From IMG/VR virus record IMGVR_UViG_3300032038_000068, positions 4,477-68,476 of that record: a stretch of DNA of 64,000 bases; one strand, given 5' to 3'. This document shows positions 26,493 through 34,801 of the stretch, in pieces. The translations under genes were made by a program, and so were the position numbers. How positions within the stretch are numbered: the first letter of the stretch is position 1; every line of letters starts with the position of its first letter. Below the pieces are notes generated by a model. It saw only the letters and a list, made by a program, of their open reading frames with translations, was not told the DNA's origin and did no database searches. Source of the DNA: a virus (taxonomy: Duplodnaviria > Caudoviricetes).

Positions 26493-27671
26493 ATGAAAAT
26501 ACCTACAATTAACTATGTATACGACCGCAGGCATGTTGCGAATAGTGACAGGAAAGGCAATGTCGACATGGTCATAACGTACAACCGGGAGAGGAAGTAC
26601 ATCTCCACGGGTGTGCAATGCCTTCCACACCAATGGACTGGTGACAGGAAGGGGAACGTGTATGTAAAAGGTACGGGAGCCGATGTGGAGATGAACCAGA
26701 TACTCCTTACGATGTACCAGAAGGCATACAAGATCATCTCAGGGATGGTTGATAGCGGGAACGTGGACATCAGTGCCATCCCTACCCTACTCAAGGCTCA
26801 GAACGTGGATATGACGTTCCTAGACTACATCAGGAAGAGGATGGAAGAGAGGAACGTGACGGAACACACGCACAGGTCGTATGTGACGATGTACAACAAG
26901 GTGTATGAGTTCGGGAAGATACGTTTCTTCTCCGATGTCACGCAGAAGAACATCCGTGACCTTTCCGAATGGCTGCACTCCTACTCATGGACTGAGAAGG
27001 ACAAGTTCGGCAATGATGTCAGGAAGACGTATTCCCAGGCATCGATTTACAAGATAACAAGTAACCTCTCGGTGTTCATATCCGATGCCGTTGTAGACGG
27101 ATACCTGAAAGAGAACCCATATGTGTCCAAGAGAATGAACGAAGACAAGGGTAAAACGCGGATAGACGAGTTCCTGACGGCTGAACAGGTAGGGATGATA
27201 GAAAATGCCACCATGCCTACGCAAAGCCTTTCAGAGGCGCGTGACCTTTTCCTCGTCCAGTGCTACACGGGTCTTGCCTATGTCGATTTGATGTCGTACG
27301 ACTTCACGATACACAAAGGAGGCAAGGACAAGGAGCTGTGTACTGGCATCCGTCACAAGACTGGTGTGGAATTCCACTTCGTTATGACCAACAAGTGCCG
27401 TAGCCTTCTTAAGAGGTACAAATACGTCCTTCCCAAGCTGCCAAACCAGAAATACAACGTAAAACTGAAGATGGTGGCCGATGCCGCAAAACTCGACATC
27501 AGCCTGACATCGCACATGGGAAGGAGGACTGCGGGATCGCTATGGCTGAACTCGGGCATCCCCATGGAGGTGGTGTCGAAGTGCCTCGGTCACAGTTCCG
27601 TGTCTATGACGCAGAGGGCATATGCCAAGGTACTCGACAAGACCATCATAGAGGCATTTAAGAAGCTATAG
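26493..27671 (+). CDS. int: Tyrosine integrase with N-terminal arm-binding domain
   Basis: Arm-binding N-terminus (RKYISTGV), TSHMGRRT, LGHSS..MTQ..Y; adjacent attP. Confidence 0.9.
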   Translation: MKIPTINYVYDRRHVANSDRKGNVDMVITYNRERKYISTGVQCLPHQWTGDRKGNVYVKGTGADVEMNQILLTMYQKAYKIISGMVDSGNVDISAIPTLLKAQNVDMTFLDYIRKRMEERNVTEHTHRSYVTMYNKVYEFGKIRFFSDVTQKNIRDLSEWLHSYSWTEKDKFGNDVRKTYSQASIYKITSNLSVFISDAVVDGYLKENPYVSKRMNEDKGKTRIDEFLTAEQVGMIENATMPTQSLSEARDLFLVQCYTGLAYVDLMSYDFTIHKGGKDKELCTGIRHKTGVEFHFVMTNKCRSLLKRYKYVLPKLPNQKYNVKLKMVADAAKLDISLTSHMGRRTAGSLWLNSGIPMEVVSKCLGHSSVSMTQRAYAKVLDKTIIEAFKKL

Positions 27672-28094
27672 GGACGTTTTGCGATACTGGACGGGTGTGA
27701 TGCCCACATGTCGGTAGAAAGCCTTGTAGAAAGCCTGATTTGAGCGGAAACCGCACATCCTGGCAATGTCGCTGATGAGCATATCCTGCCTTCTTCGGTC
27801 ACGGAGTATGGTCATCGCATAGTCGCATCGGTACTTGTTCACCCAGTCGCGGAAACAGGTGTGGAAATGGGTGGTCATGGTAGCTGAGATGGTTCTCGCA
27901 TCCCTTCCTATGGCCTTACCCACTTCCGATGCCTTGAGTCCGATCTCAAGGTACCTCCGCTTGATGACAACTTCATCAAGGAGTTCGTCACGCACCTCTT
28001 CAAGCGTTTCTGGACTAAGGTAGAATCGGTAGACGGGGTCTTTCTCCCTCCTTCCGGCATCCTGGTACTTCGGGGTGTATCGTTTCGTTACCAT
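27666..28094 (-). CDS. Stand-alone AraC-type HTH regulator
   Basis: F.DWVNKYRCDYA..IL..ISDIARMCGF.SNQAFYKAF.RHVG.TP.QYR. Confidence 0.85.
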   Translation of the reverse strand: MVTKRYTPKYQDAGRREKDPVYRFYLSPETLEEVRDELLDEVVIKRRYLEIGLKASEVGKAIGRDARTISATMTTHFHTCFRDWVNKYRCDYAMTILRDRRRQDMLISDIARMCGFRSNQAFYKAFYRHVGITPVQYRKTSL

Positions 28095-28095
28095 A

Positions 28096-28416
28096 TTATT
28101 GCTTGTTTTGCCTGTTTGTTGATTTCTCCAACCACTTCTGCTTCCTCATCATGGCATCGTAGATGCAGTTCTGCGCCTTCTCGATGATGAATTCAACACT
28201 CTCCGTGTCGCGAATGAAGAACGGGTTGAACCTGTACTTGACCATCCGTCTGAAGAACAACTGGTCGTTCATGTCCGACAGGTGTACGGCAATCTTCATT
28301 TTTGGTATAAGGAGATCCACCGGGAATCCCTTCACCTTCGCATCCCTCACATTGATGATGCCGTTCTCATCAAGGAACTTCATCAGTTCTTTAAGTTTCT
28401 CTTCGTTTTCGTTCAT
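28096..28416 (-). CDS. Hypothetical protein, possibly restriction-endonuclease-like fold
   Basis: VDLLIP..KIAVH resembles DUF559/Vsr-like core; weak. Confidence 0.45.
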   Translation of the reverse strand: MNENEEKLKELMKFLDENGIINVRDAKVKGFPVDLLIPKMKIAVHLSDMNDQLFFRRMVKYRFNPFFIRDTESVEFIIEKAQNCIYDAMMRKQKWLEKSTNRQNKQ

Positions 28417-28437
28417 ATTCCTTCGTTTTATCAGTTT

Positions 28438-28722
28438 TCAGTCACCAGAGTCCACACTCCATCTCAAACCAAGTTCAGGGCAATATGACCAGTGGTCGGT
28501 ACATCTCCATTTCGTATCACCGCCCTGAACCGTCCATTTGTTGTCCTTCATCTGCTCACGGAAGGCATCCATGATGGCTTCGATAAGTCCTGATCTCAGG
28601 AAATCACCCCTGTAGTAGCTGATGGCGTTAAGGTAGCCCAAATCGCCAATAGGAGCCAGTTTGTTCAGGTCTTTCAGCCCGAAAAGACCGACTTTTCGTA
28701 AAAGTTCCATTCTGTAGTCCAT
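28438..28722 (-). CDS. Hypothetical protein
   Basis: ORF track, operon packing. Confidence 0.65.
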   Translation of the reverse strand: MDYRMELLRKVGLFGLKDLNKLAPIGDLGYLNAISYYRGDFLRSGLIEAIMDAFREQMKDNKWTVQGGDTKWRCTDHWSYCPELGLRWSVDSGD

Positions 28723-28745
28723 GATTTTTCTTTTAATAACTGTTT

Positions 28746-29351
28746 TTATGTATTTTCTTTATCTTCTATACCATGTATTTTCATATGGCAGTCACGACAT
28801 AGTACTATAACGTCTTTGCAAGTGTACTCCCACGCCAGACACCCTTTCTTGTATTGTTTGTGATGGACTTGCAGATCACTATCAGCACCGCACCTCTCAC
28901 ACCTCTTCCCCCTTACTTCAAAGATGAACCTCCTGAATGCGTACCATCTGTTGTCGTTTAACTGGTCAGCGTAAGCGGTATATACACGCTTTGGCTTCTT
29001 CCTTACTTTTCGGTTGACCTGAGATTCAAGAACCTTCTCCTTCGGGATTGAACCTGATTGTATCTGACTCTTTATCGTGTTCCTTACAAGGTTTTTCGCT
29101 TTCTTGCTCATTCGTGTCGTGCCTCTTTCCTTTGCAATCTGCCTTACGGCACGTTCAACAATGATGCTGTTAACGACATTACAAGCAGCCTCGAGCGTTT
29201 TTACCTCACTACCCTTCTTTGTAGTCCAATCTTTCTTTTTCCAGTAATCATAGACCTGCTGTGGCTCACAATAAAGCCCCTCTTCGGCAATACAGATCTC
29301 TATCAAAGACATCGTTGGTTCACCTATTATAGTATCTCCTTTGAACGTCAT
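28746..29351 (-). CDS. HNH endonuclease with unrelated N-terminal domain
   Basis: C-terminal RCERCG..LQVHH..Y..LC..CH..IH. Confidence 0.8.
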   Translation of the reverse strand: MTFKGDTIIGEPTMSLIEICIAEEGLYCEPQQVYDYWKKKDWTTKKGSEVKTLEAACNVVNSIIVERAVRQIAKERGTTRMSKKAKNLVRNTIKSQIQSGSIPKEKVLESQVNRKVRKKPKRVYTAYADQLNDNRWYAFRRFIFEVRGKRCERCGADSDLQVHHKQYKKGCLAWEYTCKDVIVLCRDCHMKIHGIEDKENT

Positions 29352-29362
29352 AATTCAACCAT

Positions 29363-30112
29363 TCATTTTTTACCATCTAATAATATACCATACCAATAGC
29401 GGTTCTCCGTATAGGTGTTGGCAAGAACTTTATAACCGTGGTTCTTAGTCGTGAAAGTATAACCTTCAACGAACATACATCGTACATTCGGAAGGAACTG
29501 GCTGAGAAAACGTGTTGTCTTCCTGCACCAATTCAATTTTACTGCGAATTTCACGATTTCCTCCGCTGTTCTTGCACAATAACCCAGTTTCTTCGCTATC
29601 GTTTTGTAGGAAAGTCCGTATTCCTTGTACCTGAACACACCATCAGCATCTCTTCGGGCATAATACTCGCTGAGTTTTCTTGCCTTCTTGTAGTCCTCTC
29701 CGTTTTTCGGATCGGTGGCAGTCCGTAGTAATCGCTCGATGAAACGCTTGTGGCTGTTCAGGATAAGGAATAGCAGACTTCTGAGTGTCTTGTACATCAT
29801 CTTGAATGTGTTGTAGTTGAGTTTGTCTACATCGACATTCCTGTGATGCGTTTTTGACGCGAGTCGCTTTATCACCAGGATATCTCCCTTTGAACCACAC
29901 CACTCTACAAGCTGCATACTCTCCCAAATGGGAATGTACTTCTTGATCGTGGATGGCGATGTTCCTGATAATGCGGCTATCCTGTTCATTGATGCGCCCT
30001 TTATGGAAGATGTACGACCGATGCGTGATTTCAGCAACAGGAGCAACGAGACAGCCTTTTGTGCCGTCTTGTCACCCATAATGCCAACCAGTATCGTCCT
30101 TCTTATCTTCAT
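29363..30112 (-). CDS. Putative HTH replication initiator (Rep-like)
   Basis: Two HTH-like segments (IAALSGTSPSTIKKY; LSYKTIAKKLGYCARTA); own promoter and structured leader; start ATG 30112. Confidence 0.45.
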   Translation of the reverse strand: MKIRRTILVGIMGDKTAQKAVSLLLLLKSRIGRTSSIKGASMNRIAALSGTSPSTIKKYIPIWESMQLVEWCGSKGDILVIKRLASKTHHRNVDVDKLNYNTFKMMYKTLRSLLFLILNSHKRFIERLLRTATDPKNGEDYKKARKLSEYYARRDADGVFRYKEYGLSYKTIAKKLGYCARTAEEIVKFAVKLNWCRKTTRFLSQFLPNVRCMFVEGYTFTTKNHGYKVLANTYTENRYWYGILLDGKK

Positions 30113-30123
30113 AAAGTAAACAC

Positions 30124-30245
30124 AAAAAAGAAACCCTATCAAGTAATCACGGTACTTAATAGGGATCTTCCTTATAAAGTCGGCTTTCGCCTTGTTTTCA
30201 ATTCCTTTCTACAAGCCCGTGATACTTGTTTTCGTTGCAAATATA
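30124..30245 (-). promoter_or_regulatory. Promoter plus attenuator-like leader of the Rep-like gene
   Basis: -7 TATATTTG (30238-30245, minus) with -33 TTTG 20 nt upstream; terminator hairpin 30134-30164 plus U tract; competing helix 30217-30228. Confidence 0.65.
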
Positions 30246-30372
30246 GGGTTAAATATAATACAAAACAAATCGGACTGGAAGGCGAAAAGTGGAGTATTGT
30301 GGAGTATGCTATCTATACATATAGTAATTAATCCGAAAAATCAAAAAAGTTCATATTTAACATTGTTTAAAC

Positions 30373-31387
30373 AAATACCCGCCCTATTGCGATAAAGAAG
30401 GGTTATTTTAACCGAATTGACGGAAATACGACATCGTTTCTTCAGACAACGTCCTGATGGGACACATAATGTACTTCTGAGCCGTCATTTCAACGCTCTT
30501 GTGAGCCAGAATGCGGCTGATGGTATATATGTCGCACCCATGGAGATAAAGCAGTGAGGCGCACGTTCTGCGACCCAGGTGCGAACTGGCAAAAGTCCAC
30601 TTGGGGGCGGTATTGTTCTTACCGCGCTTGTAAAGCGTTATTTCCTCATCAATGTCACACAGCTTGCAGATCCTGCGCAACGTGTCGTTGAAAGTATTGT
30701 CACACACCTTCTCCCGATATGCGAAAGGCCACGAAACGGTGTCGCCATATGCGAATTGCCCGGTCAGGATTCTTTCAGCCACAGGGCATAATGGCACCTG
30801 AGCCTTTATATGGGTCTTTTCCGAAACATAGCATACATACCCGTCACGGATATTTGAAACCGTCAGTTTCGTTATGTCACCATGACGCGCACCGATAAGA
30901 CATGCCAAAACAAACTGCTGATGCACAACTGCCTCGGTAAGCGTATCCGGGATGTAGCCGATGACACGCGAAAGTTCATCATCGGTGAGGTATATCTGCT
31001 CCGAAACATCGTTTTTTACCGACAGGATCTTCTCCCATCCCTTCGACAGGTTGCACTCCTCCTGGTACATGTTGATGATTGATTTGAACTGTGCGGTATA
31101 TGTGTGCGCGCTACTGGTTGCAACCTGAGAACACAACGAATCGACAAAATTGTACAGTGTCGGTTTCGTGATGTTGGCGAATTCGCACTCACATCCGTTG
31201 TTGGCATCACTGAAAATTGCCATGACACGTTTTGCAGTTTTCGGATACTTCTGCATAAACACTTCACTAAGTTGTATCATAATCGTAATTTATTAAATTT
31301 CAAAAAATCGTTGTTTCAAAAATACACCCGCCCTATCGCGAAAAAGGAGCTATCTCCAGGAAATACCCGCCCTATCGCGAAAAAGGG
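30373..31387 (+). repeat. Three direct repeats (ACCCGCCCTAT[C/T]GCGA..AAG) flanking the second recombinase gene
   Basis: Copies at 30373-30404, 31326-31347, 31361-31387; the last two share 22 identical bp. Confidence 0.85.
30408..31280 (-). CDS. Second tyrosine recombinase (no arm-binding domain)
   Basis: GARHGD, EKT, SHLGRRT, LAHKS and KY catalytic set; 290 aa. Confidence 0.9.
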   Translation of the reverse strand: MIQLSEVFMQKYPKTAKRVMAIFSDANNGCECEFANITKPTLYNFVDSLCSQVATSSAHTYTAQFKSIINMYQEECNLSKGWEKILSVKNDVSEQIYLTDDELSRVIGYIPDTLTEAVVHQQFVLACLIGARHGDITKLTVSNIRDGYVCYVSEKTHIKAQVPLCPVAERILTGQFAYGDTVSWPFAYREKVCDNTFNDTLRRICKLCDIDEEITLYKRGKNNTAPKWTFASSHLGRRTCASLLYLHGCDIYTISRILAHKSVEMTAQKYIMCPIRTLSEETMSYFRQFG

Positions 31388-31447
31388 CTTCTGACGGCTT
31401 TTCTCCTTCATGGTGGGCAATTATACTATAGCGTACCTTTGACGCGC

Positions 31448-31645
31448 TCACAGGTCTTCTATTGCAGTCCTGATGAGATCGTTCAGGTACTGGTTCATGG
31501 ATACTTCGCCACGTCTTTCGTTTACAACCTGATAGAGGTCGTCGGAAAGACGGAACATGAATTTGTGATAACCTTTGTCAGTCCATCGGCAACCACGGGC
31601 AATACCTTTGTCGCTTCTCTCCTTCCTGATTTTCTTCTCTTCCAT
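31448..31645 (-). CDS. Ribbon-helix-helix (Arc/CopG-like) DNA-binding protein
   Basis: KFMFRLSDDLY...SMNQYLNDLIR; N-terminal RKERSDKG. Confidence 0.7.
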   Translation of the reverse strand: MEEKKIRKERSDKGIARGCRWTDKGYHKFMFRLSDDLYQVVNERRGEVSMNQYLNDLIRTAIEDL

Positions 31646-31667
31646 AATGATGATATGTTTATATGGT

Positions 31668-31802
31668 TTATATTTTCTGCCCCATACTCTTCAGGGAGAT
31701 GGCAACGAGATTGATAACTACTACCATGGGGATGAACCACCACGGCATAATACATGCACATACGAATATTGCCAGTAACGCACAAATAATGAGTCCTATC
31801 AT
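31668..31802 (-). CDS. 44-aa membrane peptide
   Basis: Hand translation MIGLIICALLAIFVCACIMPWWFIPMVVVINLVAISLKSMGQKI. Confidence 0.55.
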   Translation of the reverse strand: MIGLIICALLAIFVCACIMPWWFIPMVVVINLVAISLKSMGQKI

Positions 31803-31832
31803 AACTGTATAATGTTGTTTTAAGATGAATAA

Positions 31833-32060
31833 TTAACTACCTATCCGGGAAGACACCAGGCGCGTAATATCACGCTCACTGACTTCATTTCCCGACATGT
31901 CGTACATGGTGACCGTGACACGGGAGATGATCTCCATACGGCTGATGGCACCACGGATGATGTCAAACAGTTCTTCGTGGTCAAGAATCATGATAACTGA
32001 TTCGGTCGCACCTTGATTTGTAACTGTGTCCACTGAGTAGACAAAAACGAATTCATTCAT
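31833..32060 (-). CDS. Hypothetical protein
   Basis: ORF track; A-rich upstream region. Confidence 0.65.
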   Translation of the reverse strand: MNEFVFVYSVDTVTNQGATESVIMILDHEELFDIIRGAISRMEIISRVTVTMYDMSGNEVSERDITRLVSSRIGS

Positions 32061-32544
32061 AATAATGTATCTTTAAACTGATTAATAATTAGGTCTTAGA
32101 TCGTATCGGTGGAGCTGAATACTATTTGCAGCCAGTCACCGCGCTTATATATATACCCATGGTATCCGCGCTTAGAGGCTTTTCCATGGTAGATATGTTA
32201 GAGTAACACTGATGTAGATAGTTAACGCACACTTTGTATAACGGTAACGAAAATGATAAATTATCCGTAGTAGCCGGAAAATTGAAAAATGATCGCAACA
32301 GGTTGTAAACGGTTGCAACCAGATACAAAGCTATTACAACCGGGTGCAAAGCTATTGAAACCGTCTGCAGATCCTTTGCAGCTTGCAAATGTTCCTTTGT
32401 CCTGGTATGTTCCTTTGTTCTCTCTCATATTGTTTTTTGTTGTTTGTATTACTTTCGTATTACTGTTGTATTGCTTTCGTATTTTCTTTTGTTGTGATCA
32501 CCCCGGACGCGTCGCCCGGGATGATTTAAGGAGCGTTTTAACGC

Positions 32545-32637
32545 TTATTCTTTGCAATCTTTTATCTTTTCCTTTATCGTTTCCGTATCAGGTAGCAACA
32601 CCAGAAAAACGGATAATAATATAAACAAGTGAAACAT
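32545..32637 (-). CDS. 30-aa peptide, hydrophobic N-terminus and charged tail
   Basis: Hand translation MFHLFILLSVFLVLLPDTETIKEKIKDCKE; upstream AAAACGCTTT..ATCATG shared with the neighbouring gene. Confidence 0.45.
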   Translation of the reverse strand: MFHLFILLSVFLVLLPDTETIKEKIKDCKE

Positions 32638-32650
32638 GATTAAAGCGTTT

Positions 32651-32923
32651 TTAGATTTTATATAATTCTATCTTTTCAATAAAACCAAAGTCAAAATACA
32701 AAAGCTTGTAACCTGAATAATCAAATATTACACCGTCGCAAAGAATTAAATTTTCTTCAAAGTCTTCTTTTGTAATTTCATTGCCTGTTTGGTCCTGATA
32801 TGCACAGTTATTTTGCAGCCACATAATAGCATTTTTATATGATCCTATTTGCAAATAATTCTCCAATTCTTTAGACTCCCATAAATTATTATAGTTATCT
32901 AACTGTGATATGATTTTAATCAT
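32651..32923 (-). CDS. Hypothetical protein (AT-rich island)
   Basis: ORF track; shared 13-mer leader. Confidence 0.65.
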   Translation of the reverse strand: MIKIISQLDNYNNLWESKELENYLQIGSYKNAIMWLQNNCAYQDQTGNEITKEDFEENLILCDGVIFDYSGYKLLYFDFGFIEKIELYKI

Positions 32924-33015
32924 GATATAAAGCGTTTTAAATTGTTTGTATATGTGTATTATTATACCGGGCGTATAATTACACCCGGTTTAAATTTAGA
33001 GGCCTGAAAAGCGTT

Positions 33016-33150
33016 TTATTTGTCGTTTTCGCTTTCGTCGTCGTCTTCACTGTTGTAATAGTGATCGCTTAATTTTGCGCTACCTGTTGCGTATAGGGAT
33101 GCAAACAAGCTTTCAATATTTACCCGGTTAAAAGTTTTCTTTGTTTCCAT
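33016..33150 (-). CDS. 44-aa peptide with acidic tail
   Basis: Hand translation METKKTFNRVNIESLFASLYATGSAKLSDHYYNSEDDDESENDK. Confidence 0.5.
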   Translation of the reverse strand: METKKTFNRVNIESLFASLYATGSAKLSDHYYNSEDDDESENDK

Positions 33151-33251
33151 AACTAAAAATATTAATGTTGTTTATACTGTTGTTTGTTCTTTAGTTTAGC
33201 GCGCCAATAACTAAAATTAGCGCGCCAATGAAATAAAATACTATCATAATT

Positions 33252-34082
33252 TTACGCCGTTTTAACTACAAATTTTGTGTCCGGAGCTACAAAGGTACGT
33301 ACGCCGTTAATTACTTTGTAGTCATTTGCTACAGGGTGATAGGATAAACCGATAACACATTTGCCGGGATCTAAAAAGCGCATATCGTAATTATTGCCGT
33401 TAATTACTTTATATCCTTTGTATGTTTCCGGCAATTTGTCACCAGCGAACACAACTGCAGCCCGGCCGCCGTTTTCAATGAATTCCTTTGCCGTTTTCCA
33501 GTTGTAACCGTCAAAGCTAAAAGTAAGATCGTAATTACTATATTTGCCAAGTAATTTAATACGGTTTGGTACCTTTGTATAATCGTAAAACTGAATATTT
33601 GGAAACAATTCCAGGATATTTTTACCTGTATCAGGATCGATAAATAATTTAGGTGAAAGATCCGAAGTACAGTTTAAACGTACGGCAAAAGGTAAACCTA
33701 AAGACTTTGCACGCATGTATGCTTTTGATATTTCACGGATCAAAATACGCATAAATAACGGCCTATTTTCGTAAAATAAACGCGTTTTCTTGATTCTTGA
33801 TTGATTAATTTTTGATCCTTCTTTGCCTCTCGCTAATTCATCAATTTTGTTTTGTCCTGATCCTGACAAACAAAATTCGTGGCAATGTTTACCACCGGCG
33901 CAAACCTGATGACCGGACATGTTCCATGGAGCTAAATACAAACCGAAAGTCAAAGTACCCGCTTTTTCGCTCAAATCTAATTTGTGTGAAGTAGATACAC
34001 CACCTAAATAGGAGATACCTATTTCTTTTTTGGCTCTGGTATAGCTCAAATTTGCATCTAAATTTTTATAATTCGTTTTCAT
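33252..34082 (-). CDS. GP88-like protein with C-x5-C-x3-C cluster
   Basis: VCAGGKHCHEFCL, AVRLNCTSDL, FYDYTK, YDLTFS, D.RFLDP. Confidence 0.65.
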   Translation of the reverse strand: MKTNYKNLDANLSYTRAKKEIGISYLGGVSTSHKLDLSEKAGTLTFGLYLAPWNMSGHQVCAGGKHCHEFCLSGSGQNKIDELARGKEGSKINQSRIKKTRLFYENRPLFMRILIREISKAYMRAKSLGLPFAVRLNCTSDLSPKLFIDPDTGKNILELFPNIQFYDYTKVPNRIKLLGKYSNYDLTFSFDGYNWKTAKEFIENGGRAAVVFAGDKLPETYKGYKVINGNNYDMRFLDPGKCVIGLSYHPVANDYKVINGVRTFVAPDTKFVVKTA

Positions 34083-34200
34083 ATTGCAAAAGTTTTAAAT
34101 TGTTTTTCGTACCTTTGCACCCTGAAGTACATTAGTACTGTATTTATTTATCTTTTTATTCCCGGCCGCCTGTGATAGGTAGCCGGGATATTTGATATAT

Positions 34201-34611
34201 TTATTTTCTTTCGCCCTGTCTCCTTTGTGCGCTCTCTAAATCGGTACCACATGAAACATAATACCAATTTGTCCCAAAATGATCTACGCAAAGTATATAA
34301 CAGTCCAAAAGATCCGAATAAGTGAAAAGTAAACCAAAATGTTCCTCTAAATATTCTACCTGTTCCGTTGAGCAATCAGTAATAAACCACTGATAAATAT
34401 CATGTGAACTTTCGAAATAATGAACATCTTCGTTAATTTCGTCTTCGTCTTCGTAAACGTTTCCGTCTTCGTCTTCGTAATAGAACAAAGGAAAACGTGC
34501 ATTTTCATACAAAGAAAGATCCTTTTCTACCAGGTTGTTGCAAAGTACATAACTATTGCCTAACCAGTTAACGGCAACGCCGTAATTTGTTGTAAAATTA
34601 AAAGTCTTCAT
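34201..34611 (-). CDS. Acidic hypothetical protein, first gene of island operon
   Basis: Follows leftward promoter at 34658; DIYQWFIT, LCVDHFGTNW. Confidence 0.7.
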   Translation of the reverse strand: MKTFNFTTNYGVAVNWLGNSYVLCNNLVEKDLSLYENARFPLFYYEDEDGNVYEDEDEINEDVHYFESSHDIYQWFITDCSTEQVEYLEEHFGLLFTYSDLLDCYILCVDHFGTNWYYVSCGTDLESAQRRQGERK

Positions 34612-34657
34612 AATTCTAAAATTTTAAATTGTTTGTACTTTATTTATTTATCTGTTG

Positions 34658-34768
34658 CAAAGATACAAAGAAATAATGATACCACCAAATAAATACAAGG
34701 AAAATTTAATCTAAATATCACTTTTTTCTTCTTTTTCTTGCATAATAGAAAATATAAACCTATATTTG
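34658..34768. promoter_or_regulatory. Divergent promoters (island operon / terS)
   Basis: CAAAGATA 34658-34665 with CAAA 20 nt away; TATATTTG 34761-34768; GAAAATTTAATC motif at 34700. Confidence 0.65.
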
Positions 34769-34801
34769 CAAAGTCTACATTACAAAATAAGGTATTAAAG
34801 T

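Noticed and set aside
31368-31389. Resemblance of GCCCT..GAAAAAGGGC to lambda boxB
   Set aside because: Has a 5-nt insertion, lies on the non-transcribed strand, no boxA nearby, and the host is unrelated
32108-32117. CAGCTCCACC (minus strand), like a tmRNA 3' end, at the island border
   Set aside because: Only 10 nt with no second copy at the other island edge; can arise by chance
32122-32624. ORFs 32122-32388 (-) and 32289-32624 (+) as genes
   Set aside because: Opposing ORFs over short DNA repeats, non-ATG start for the minus one, no leader motif; coding status unresolved
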